A stretch of DNA of 64,000 nt from Macrostomum lignano. Its lineage: Eukaryota. Of this stretch, positions 11,323-21,934 are shown piece after piece. Each line of letters starts with the position of its first letter. Within the stretch, counting starts at the first letter, position 1. The stretch covers positions 1 through 64,000 of the forward strand of contig NIVC01003094.1 in assembly GCA_002269645.1 (NCBI GenBank), written 5' to 3'. A program made the translations under genes and the position numbers. A model generated the notes under the pieces. The model had not been told where the DNA came from, searched no databases, and was given only the letters and a program-made list of their open reading frames with translations.

Positions 11323-14300
11323 TCAGCAAGCTACAAAGCCGCTATTGGCAGCTGTGACGACAAGCAGCCCGCCAACAGCTGCAGCGGACAGGACAGCGCA
11401 GGCAATCAGCAGGCGGTCCACTACAGAGCCGATGTGACGCCACGCATCCGCGGGGTCGCTGCCTTGAAAACCGCACAGGCGGTTGAGGAACAACAGCCTC
11501 AGCACTGGGCTGCTCACAGCCTCCCGCGATGCAGCTCTCCTGTAGCACAGGTGCACAACTATGCTGCCGATTGTGCTCAGAGCGGTCACAGCCATGGCCA
11601 CCGTGAAGTACCAGGCTGGGGATGGGCAGAGACAGGCTTGGCTCAGTGTAGCTGCACAGCACAGCACAGCACAGTACAGCACAGCACAGCACAGCACAGC
11701 ACAGCACAGCACAGCACAGCACAGCACAGCACAGCACAGCACAGCACAGCACAGCACAGCACAGCACAGCACAGTACAGCACAGCACAGCACAGTACAGC
11801 ACAGCACAGCACAGCACAGCACAGCACAACACAGCACAGCACAGCACAGCACAGCACAGCACAGCACAGCACAGCACAGCACAGCCCAGCACAGCATAGT
11901 ATAACACAGCACAGCACAGCACAGCACAGCACAGCACAGCACAGCACAGCACAGCACAGCACAGCACAGCACAGCACAGCACAACACAGCACAGCACAGC
12001 ACAGCACAGCACAGCACAGCACAGCACACATCAATAGCCATACACTCTGACTCACTGAGCACTGGAACGGACTCGCTCTGAGCAGGAGTGATGCTGCCCG
12101 CCAGCTGCAGGAACACACTCATTGACAGCAGGATGGCCACATTCAGTGCCAGTCGGTCGCCCGAGTCCGCTGGCAGGAGAAAGCCGAAGATGCAGGTGGC
12201 GAGGATGAGGGCGCTGGGGATGATGAGCACGATGATGTAGTAGAGGGGCCGCCTCTGCAAAGGGGTGGGGTGCGGGAGGCTGAGCGGGCACTCAGCACAG
12301 AGACTGCTGTGCAATGGGGTGGGGAGCGGGAGGCTGAGCGGGCACTTAGCACAGAGACTGCTGTGCAATGGGGTGGGGAGTGAGAGGCTGAGTGATGCAG
12401 CTGGTAAAGCACAGATGTTCAACTCATCTGCTACTTGCCTTGAAGCTGATTGAAACCTGAACTTTTTCGTAATATTCATAGATAGATACTTTTGAAGTTT
12501 CAATGTGGCTGATGCAGAATTCGTTGCTCTCCTTGTTAAGATCGGCATAGGTTTTGTTTGCCTCCTGTCCCAATTCAAGCTGCAAATCCGCAGGCGTTTT
12601 CACAGCCGAGGAGAAGGTTGCGTTACACTGCTGGGAGTCGAAGGGAAAATACGCCATGTTCATCGGACACCTGCTGGTTACTCCGTATGGAATGCCGATT
12701 ATTACAATTCCATTTTGGTAGACAATAGACAAGTGTTTATTGGCCTCATAATTGCGGATTTCGACTCTGCGTTGCAGGAGTAGGTATTGCTCTGTGTTCG
12801 CCACAATGACAAGGCATTGCTTTTAAAGTTACATGATACATGCACATCTACATGATACATGCACATCTACATAATACATGCACATCTACATGATACATGC
12901 ACATCTACATGATACATGCACATCTACATGATACATGCAAAACTACATGATGCATGCACAGCTACATGATACATGCACAGCTACATGATACATGCACAGT
13001 TACATGATACACATCCGCAACTACATGATACACATAAACAGTTACATGATACACATACGCAACTACCGGTACATGATACACATACACAGTTACATGAAAC
13101 ACATACAGAACTACATGTTACTCATACGAAACTCTAAAACACAACCACAGTTAGTTACATTATACACATATACAGTTAAATAATACACATACACAGCTAC
13201 ATGATACACATACGCAACTACATGATACACATATACAGTTACATAATACACATACGCAACTAAATGATACACATACACAGTTACATGATACACATACGCA
13301 ACTACATGATACACATAAACAGTTACATGATACACACACGCAACTACATGATAAACATACACAGTTACATGATGCATGTACTTACGGGTGGTCCACGGTC
13401 ACATCGGGCAGCCACAGCCAGTCAGTCGGCACGAAGATTTTCTCAACCTTGGCTAAGCTTTCATCGCTTGTGTCATTCCAGGCTAATCGGGCATCTGTCC
13501 ATCTCTGAATAAATTTTTTTATTAATAGCACATTGCTATGCTCGTAACTGCATATGAGATTTGATTGAGCTGAGATGCATATGAGATTTGAATGAGCTGA
13601 GATGCATATGAGATTCGATTGAGCTGAGATACATATGAGATTTGATTGAGACGAGATACCTATGAGATTTGATTGAGCTGAAATACCTATGAGATTTGAT
13701 TGAGGTGAGATACCTATGAGATTTGATTGAGGTGAGATACCTATGAGATTTGGTTGAGGTGAGATACCTATGAGAGTTGATTGAGGTGAGATACCTATGA
13801 GAGTTGATTGAGGTGAGATGCATATGAGATTTGGTTGACCTGAGGTGCATATGAAATTCGATTGAGCTGAGATGCATATGAGATTTGGTTGAGGTGAGAT
13901 ACCTATGAGATTTGATTTAGGTGAGATACCTATGAGAGTTGATTTAGGTGAGATACCTATGAGATTTGATTGAGCTGAGGTGCACACACTGAGATGTAAA
14001 CGATGGCTTACCAGTATCATCCAGAGGTCAATGGACACTTGCTGTTTCACAATATCCTGAATGGCAGCAGCAACAGCTTTATTACACAAAGGTAGAGTTG
14101 AGCACAAGATGCACAAGCTGCACTCACCACGCTGCTCAATCGAACAACTTTAATGGACACAATGACAACATTCGCTGTGCCATTGTCTGGAGGCGGCGCC
14201 GCGCCCTTGCAGTAGCCGGAGGTGAGGTTCAGCAGCTCGACAATTCTCTCCTGGTTGGACTTCCTGGATTGCCCGGCCGAAGTCAGAACCCAAGCGAGCG

Positions 14301-14358
14301 CGAGCAGCATTTGCAGCAGGCCGGCTGCCCGGTGAGTCAGTGCTCGAGGAGGCTTCAT
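11323..14358 (-). CDS. Cys-loop ligand-gated ion channel, nAChR-like non-alpha, paralogue C (6 exons, minimal M3-M4 loop)
   Basis: Exons 14358-14128, 14056-14012, 13504-13386 (RWTDARLAW..LWLPD), 12766-12439 (CPMNMAYFPFDSQQC; GC donor AG|GCAAGT), 12254-12056, 11615-11323 (M3 and M4 in one exon). Confidence 0.92.
11652..12028. repeat. (CAGCA)n in intron 5 of paralogue C (longest copy)
   Basis: Direct reading. Confidence 0.97.
12829..13376. repeat. 19-21-bp ACATGATAC(A/ATGC)... minisatellite, intron 3 of C
   Basis: Direct reading. Confidence 0.85.
13548..13985. repeat. 27-bp minisatellite ATATGAGATTTGATTGAGCTGAGATGC, intron 2 of C
   Basis: Direct reading. Confidence 0.9.
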
Positions 14359-14620
14359 CAGCGAGGCTGGACTAATTCCGGGCTCCAGTGCTGCAGAATA
14401 AACTATTAATATTCATAGCCAGTTATCAGTTAGCAAGCAGTCAGACAGTTTGGCTCCATAAAAAATTGCGCAAATACAGAGAGGGGGGGCTCATTTGATT
14501 TGGCTGATCAGCATCTGAGCTGGGCTTAAGTAATTAATCCAGCAGTTCTGTTTGCCGAATAATAACAATGCTCAGACACGCACGCAAACATCCTGAGTTT
14601 GTTGACTTTAGACAGTTGGA

Positions 14621-15144
14621 ATCATTAGCATCGTTAGCACCATTAGCACTATTAGCATCATTAGCACCATTAGCACTATTAGCATCATTAGCACCATTAG
14701 CATCATTAGCATCAATAGCATCATTAGCATCATTAGCATCATTAGCACCATTAGCACCATTAGCACCATTAGCACTATTAGCATCATTAGCACCATTAGC
14801 ACTATTAGCATCATTAGCACCATTAGCACTATTAGCATCATTAGCACCATTAGCATCATTAGCATCGTTAGCACCATTAGCACCATTAGCACTATTAGCA
14901 TCATTAGCATCAATAGCATCATTAGCATCATTAGCATCATTAGCACCATTAGCACCATTAGCATCAATAGCACCATTAGCATTATTAGCATCATTAGCAT
15001 CAATAGCATCATTAGCATCATTAGCATCATTAGCACCATTAGCACCATTAGCATCAATAGCATCATTAGCATCATTAGCACCATTAGCACCATTAGCATC
15101 AATAGCATAATCAGCATAATCAGCATCATTAGCACCATTAGCAC
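14621..15144. repeat. 9-bp TAGCA(T/C)CAT repeat upstream of C
   Basis: Direct reading. Confidence 0.95.
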
Positions 15145-15908
15145 TGGAAACCATTGACATGACATGGCCACTAGTATTACTATAAACTAACATCAGCTCA
15201 GGTTTGTTAGTTTTACTTCTGCAATGTCGATCATAAATTTTGTAGGATGAGCAAAAATAACTCGACCTCTGTGTCCGTTTGAAGCTCGTTGCAACTCAAA
15301 AGTCAATCGACATATTCTGGACACTCACCTGGCTGGCTCTACATCAACTGCGATCACGACAGCGACAGCGCCTTTTTTAAGGGCCTTCCCATCAAGAAGC
15401 TGGAAGCGATCGATACTTTCATCTTCATCGTCCGTTTTTGTGATCGGCTCGTGACCTTCAACACCGACATCACCGCCGTTTTCGGGATGGTCGGGCGTGT
15501 TAAATCCGGATGCTCATGCGGTCGGCGCTGCATCACAACATCCGATTCAGTGCCCAGGCAGTACCAAATTCTCGCTAATCTCGTCTCGACCTGTGTCCGT
15601 TTGAAGCTCATTGAAACTCAAAAGTCTTCGCGCCTCAAGGTGTCAGCTGTTTGCGTTTCAAAGATGGCTCTTTTTCGGGGCGATCGTTGCGATCGGAGCG
15701 GCTTTCCTTCTCAAGAGCCACTCTTGCGATCTTTGCGCACTTCCCTCTTCTCCCGATGTGTATGGCAAAATTCCAGTAGTTGAAAAGTTGTGGATTTAAT
15801 GTTTAAAAAAACTGAAAACTTCAAATCTTGCCAATGCAGTTGGCAGCTGGAATCGGCCTGCAACAAAATCCGCACGATTTGCGGCGGCCTTCTGCTTCAT
15901 TTTTTTTA

Positions 15909-16330
15909 GGATTCGAACCTGAGACTATGATAAGGTGAGGTAAGCAGCATTCGAACCAAGGACCATTATAGGATGCAATAAGCAGGATTCGAACCTAGGA
16001 CAATTTTGGAACTCACTAAGTAGGATTCGAACCTAGGACTATTATAGGATCAACTATATGGATTCGAACCTAGGACTATTATAGGATCAACTATATGGAT
16101 TCGAACCTAGGACTATTATAGGATCAACTATATGGATTCAAAACTAGGACTATTATAGGATCAACTATACGGATTCGAACCTAGGACTATTATAAGATCA
16201 ACTATATGGATTCGAACCTAGGACTATTATAGGATCAACTATATGGATTCGAACCTAGGACTATTATAGGATCAACCATATGGATTCGAACCTAGGACCA
16301 TTAAAGGACTCACTAAGATTCAAACCTAAA
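15909..16330. repeat. 37-bp minisatellite containing a Pol III B-box (GGTTCGAATCC on the minus strand), ~12 copies
   Basis: Unit GGATTCGAACCTAGGACTATTATAGGATCAACTATAT; 9 intact GGATTCGAACC motifs. Confidence 0.9.
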
Positions 16331-16493
16331 ACTACTGGGAGAGTTTATTTCCTATAGCATATCAGGAAAATTAATAAATATCCAGATAATATCGATGACA
16401 GAGGATTATTAGAAAGATGCAGCTTCATAGAACAGAGGAGCTCAGTAAGCAGGCGTCAGCGATCAGGCACGGTGTCCGATGATTGAGCCGGAA

Positions 16494-19400
16494 TCAGAAT
16501 TCAGAAAATCTTATTTTTCTCAAAGCGGGCTCGCAGTCGCCGCTCCCCGCCGCGGTGAGAGCCAGACAGATCAGAATGCCAGCTGAAGCAACGATCGCGC
16601 CGAAGGCCAGCAGCCGATCGATGATGCGACCGATTTGAGGCCACTCGGCAGTTTCCATGGAAGTCGTTGCTGGGGCGACGCTCGTTTGCTTGCCGACCTG
16701 GTCAGCCCAGGCGGAGTCGTCATCGGCCTGCTTTGGGGCGGAATGAAATGCTCAGGTGAAAATTTAGAGGCAGGCATGGGGCTCGAACTCAGGAGCTCCA
16801 GACAGAGTACACATCAGATTTAGGAAGTCAGAACCATTGCCATGTAAAAGTCCAGAATCTCTGCTAATTAATCTAAAATGCGCTAAATAACAAATTTACA
16901 AGCAGAACTCTTAGCTCGTCTCACCACAGTGTTCTTCCAGCCGCACAGGCGGTTGAGGAACAGCAGCCTCAGCACTGGGTTGCTCACAGCCTCCCGCGAT
17001 GCAGCTCTCCTGTAGCACAGGTGCACAACTATGCTGCCGATTGTGCTCAGAGCGGTCACAGCCATGGCCACCGTGAAGTACCAGGCTGGGGATGGGCAGA
17101 GACAGGCTTGACTCAGTGTAGCTGCATAGCACAGCACAGCACAGCACAGCACAGCACAGCACAGCACAGCACAGCACAGCACAGCACAATACAGCACAGC
17201 ACAGCACAGCACAGCACAGCACAGCACAATACAGCACAGCACAGCACACCACAGCACAGCACAGCACAGCACTGCACACATCAATAGCCATACACTTGGA
17301 CTCACTGAGCACTGGAACAGACTCGCTCTGAGCAGGAGTGATGCTGCCCGCCAGCTGCAGGAACACACTCATTGACAGCAGGATGGCCACATTCAGTGCC
17401 AGTCGGTCGCCCGAGTCCGCTGGCAGGAGAAAGCCGAAGATGCAGGTGGCGAGGATGAGGGCGCTGGGGATGATGAGCACTATGACGTAGTACATCGGCA
17501 GTCTCTGGAGTGTTGAGTGTAAATATTTGGCCAGAAATTGAAACAAAATATTTGCGTTATAACAATGCAGTCGTCAGTCAACTAAAAGTCTGTACCTTAA
17601 AAGTAATGATAACCTCCATCTGGTGGTAACTAGAATAGACCCATTTCAGAATCGAGTCAACGGCAGTGACGCAGTACTCGTTGCTGCGGAGAAACCGAAT
17701 CGATAGGTCAATAGCGATGCTTCGCACCACTCTGAGCCGCAGCGAATTGGGCGGTCTCTGGCCCGAGGCCATGCTGAAATTGCACTGCTGTTTGTCAAAC
17801 GGAAAGCTGGCCAGCTGCATGTTGCATTTTTTTGTTAAGCCGAATGCCAGCTTGGTTTGCACCTGACCGTCTGAGCTGATCTCGGCTAGCAGTTTGCTCT
17901 GATCGTGGTTGCGAATCTCCACACTGGAAATGTTCAGGCTATGGTTGTGAAGTTCGGGCACAAGGAAAATAAGGATACTCGTAGAAGTGCAGGAGAGATA
18001 AGGATAGGAATACAGGTGAGATAAAAAAGGATAGGAATAAAGGTGAGATAAGGCTAGGAATACAGGTGAGATAAGGATAGGAATACAGGTGAGATAAGGC
18101 TAGGAATACAGGTGAGATAAGGATAGGAATACAGGTGAGATAAGGATAGGAATACAGGTGATATAAGGCTAGGAATACAGGTGGGATAAGGATAGGAATA
18201 CAGGTGAGATAAGGATAGGAATACAGGTGAGATAAGGCTAGGAATACAGGTGAGATAAAAAGGATAGGAATAAAGGTGAGATAAGGCTAGGAATACAGGT
18301 GAGATATGGATAGGAATACAGGTGAGATAAGGATAGGAATACAGGTGAGATATGGATAGGAATACAGGTGAGATAAGGATAGGAATACAGGTGAGATAAG
18401 GATAGGTATACAGGTGAGATAAGGCTAGGAATACAGGTGAGATATGGATATAAATACAGGTGAGATAAGGATAGGAATACAGGTGAGATAAGGATAGGAA
18501 TACAGGTGAGATAAGGCTAGGAATACAGGTGAGATAAGGAGAGGAATACAGGTGAGATATGGATAGGAATACAGGTGAGATAAGGAGAGGAATACAGGTG
18601 AGATAAGGATAGGAATACAGGTGAGATAAGGATAGGTATACAGGTGAGATAAGGCTAGGAATACAGGTGAGATATGGATATAAATACAGGTGAGATAAGG
18701 ATAGGAATACAGGTGAGATAAGGATAGGAATACAGGCGAGATAAGGCTAGGAATACAGGTGAGATAAGGAGAGGAATACAGGTGAGATATGGATAGGAAT
18801 ACAGGTGAGATAAGGCTAGGAATACAGGTGAGATAAGGAGAGGAATACAGGTGAGATATGGATAGGAATACAGGTGAGATAAGGATAGGAATACAGGTGA
18901 GATAAGGATAGGTATACAGGTGAGATAAGGCTAGGAATACAGGTGAGATATGGATATAAATACAGGTGAGATAAGGATAGGAATACAGGTGAGATAAGGA
19001 TAGGAATACAGGCGAGATAAGGCTAGGAATACAGGTGAGATAAGGAGAGGAATACAGGTGAGATATGGATAGGAATACAGGTGAGATAAGGCTAGGAATA
19101 CAGGTGAGATAAGGAGAGGAATACAGGTGAGATATGGATAGGAATACAGGTGAGATAAGGATAGGAATACAGGTGAGATAAGGATAGGTATACAGGTGAG
19201 ATAAGGCTAGGAATACAGGTGAGATATGGATATAAATACAGGTGAGATAAGGATAGGAATACAGATGAGAAAAGGATATAGGAACACTCGGAAATAAAGA
19301 TACGAGTAGAAACACAAAAATTAGTATTGAATAAGAAGTCAATAAAGAATCCCAGCCGTGCGATGTGTGAAAGTTGATGGCATAAATTACAAGCGGCACC

Positions 19401-21467
19401 CACCAATGTCTGACACAGTCTCCAAAGTGGATTTAATTATAAGCCGCACCATTTTAAAGTAAAGTGTCTTTAAAGTGTCTGTCAAGCCGCATGGGTGGTC
19501 AAATATTGCTAATGGATGCCCAGAGCCTGTCAGTTTTAGACACCATTCGGAGCAAATAGATAAGTAGGATAGTTATCAAACTCACGGCTGGCTAACGCTG
19601 ATGTCAGGTGTCCACAGCCAATCCAGAGGCGCGTAGATGGCGCCAACTGCGGCCAGTTCCGGTCTGGCGATTCCTTTCCAGGCTAGTCGGGGGTCTGTCC
19701 AGTTCTGTTGTATTGACATCAGTGTGGCAGAAATGATTGATGAGTCAACACGTTGGCTTTGGAGTGAGGCTGCGGGTTGGAAGGTTGTCCCAAGGTTGAT
19801 GCAAATAGATCGATGAGGAAGGTGTATGCTTGTATGTGTGCTTGGAAGTAACGAGAAGGCTGTGTTTGGGAAGTGAGGCTGGCATGGGAGTCAGGGGGAG
19901 AGGGTGGTATGAGAGTCAGGGGTGAGCTTTGTGGCATAAGAGTCAGGGGGAGAGGGTGGTATGAGAGTCAGGGGTGAGCTTTGTGGCATAAGAGTCAGGG
20001 GGAGAGGGTGGTATGAGAGTCAGGGGTGAGCTTTGTGGCATAAGAGTCAGGGGGAGAGGGTGGTATGAGAGTCAGGGGTGAGGTTTGTGGCATAAGAGTC
20101 AGGGGGAGAGGGTGGTATGAGAGTCAGGGGTGAGGTTTGTGGCATAAGAGTCAGGGGGAGAGGGTGGTATGAGAGTCAGGGGTGAGGTTTGTGGCATAAG
20201 AGTCAGGGGGAGAGGGTGGTATGAGAGTCAGGGGTGAGGTTTGTGGCATGAGAGTCAGGGGTGAGGTTTGTGGCATGAGAGTCAGGGGGAGAGGGTGGTA
20301 TGAGAGTCAGGGGTGAGGTTTGTGGCATGAGAGTCAGGGGATGAGGCTTGTGGCATGAGAGTCAGGGGTGAGGCTTGTAGCATGAGAGTCAGGGAGTGAG
20401 GCTTGTGGCATGAGAGTCAGGGATTGTGAGGGTGGCATAAGAGTCAGGGGTGAGGGTGGCATGAGAGTCAGGGATTGTGAGGGTGGCATGAGAGTCAGGG
20501 ATTGTGAGGGTGGCATGAGAGTCAGGGATTGTGAGGGTGGCATGAGAGTCAGGGGGTGAGGTGGCATGAGAGTCAGGGATTGTGAGGGTGGCATGAGAGT
20601 CAGGGGGTGAGGTGGCATGAGAGTCAGGGGTGAGGGTGGCATGAGAGTCAGGGATTGTGAGGGTGGCACGAGAGTCAGGGGTGAGGGTGGCATGAGAGTC
20701 AGAGAGTGAGGTGGCATGAGAGTCAGGGGTGAGGGTGGCATGAGAGTCAGGGGTGAGGGTGGCACGAGAGTCATGGGTGGTGGTTGGCATGAGAGTCAGA
20801 GAGTGAGGTGGCATGAGAGTCAGGGGTGAGGGTGGCACGAGAGTCATGGGTGGTGGTTGGCATGAGAGTCAGGGGTGAGGGTGGCATGAGAGTCAGGGGT
20901 GAGGGTGGCACGAGAGTCATGGGTGGTGGTTGGCATGAGAGTCAGAGAGTGAGGTGGCATGAGAGTCAGGGGTGAGGGTGGCACGAGAGTCATGGGTGGT
21001 GGTTGGCATGAAAGTCAGGGGTGAGGGTGGCATGAGAGTCAGGGGTGAGGGTGGCACGAGAGTCATGGGTGGTGGTTGGCATGAGAGTCAGAGAGTGAGG
21101 TGGCATGAGAGTCAGTGCATGTTTAACAGACTGCTTACCATGGAAACTCTGTTCTCCAGCACAATGAACTGCTTGACCATGTCCTGTAAAGAGCACAAAT
21201 AAATTAACAAATGAGAATGCGATGATTTAGCGCAAATCCGGACAAACCGGCTCTACTTACGACATCAATGAGCTTGACTATCTCAATCATGATGGTCACA
21301 ACGACGGCCGTGCCATTGATCGGTCTCGGACTGGCGCCTTTGACATAGCCGCCGTTGGTGAGATTCAGCATCCGGATGATCTGCTCATCGACAGACGCGT
21401 CATCGGCGACAGGTTCCGCCGCATTGGTTGCTAGGAGCAGCTGTGCTAAAATCCCTGCCAGTAGCAT
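16494..21467 (-). CDS. Cys-loop ligand-gated ion channel, nAChR-like non-alpha, paralogue D (7 exons)
   Basis: Exons 21467-21261, 21183-21139, 19704-19586 (NWTDPRLAW..LWTPD), 17923-17596 (CNMQLASFPFDKQQC), 17504-17306, 17085-16925, 16727-16494 (EWPQIGRIIDRLL). Confidence 0.92.
17125..17280. repeat. (CAGCA)n in intron 5 of paralogue D
   Basis: Direct reading. Confidence 0.97.
17986..19275. repeat. 23-bp minisatellite TAAGGATAGGAATACAGGTGAGA, ~55 copies, intron 3 of D
   Basis: Direct reading. Confidence 0.95.
19884..21114. repeat. G-rich ~24-bp minisatellite GGCATGAGAGTCAGGGGTGAGGGT, intron 2 of D
   Basis: Direct reading; the same family occurs at 27155-27540. Confidence 0.93.
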
Positions 21468-21934
21468 GATTCAGAACTCGCTGTCCAGTGTATCCGGGAC
21501 GTGTGGTGGGGCTGCTTCCCTATCAGAGGGTCTGTATAGATATACAGGTAAGTCAGGGTATATTTGCAGGCGTTGTCGGTGACGAAAAATACACACTGGC
21601 ACTGGTAGTGTTTGAACAGGCCAGTTGGTCAAACAGATTCAGCCATCGGATCAGCCATTGGCAAATTGAATGGCGAACAGTTACTTAACAATTGTGCTTT
21701 AGCCGAAAATGGTTGTTTGAGCACTATCATTCTTTGCTTTAGGGATAAGGGACAAAATTCGTTTGTCATGTGATGGACGGTTTTTTATAGCGAACTTTAA
21801 CAGCAGCCTTGAAATAGATGAGCTACTCTCTCTAGCAGCATCTTTATTACCTGCAAATATTAGAATATGAGCCCGGCTAGGGCTGACGCGCTCGTAACTG
21901 ACCAACGAATGAATAAATTTACATTAGCCTGGAT

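Noticed and set aside
15670-15695. 16/17-nt inverted match to the M4 coding sequence of paralogue D (FGAIVA)
   Set aside because: Short enough to be expected by chance in 64 kb, and the similarity does not extend.
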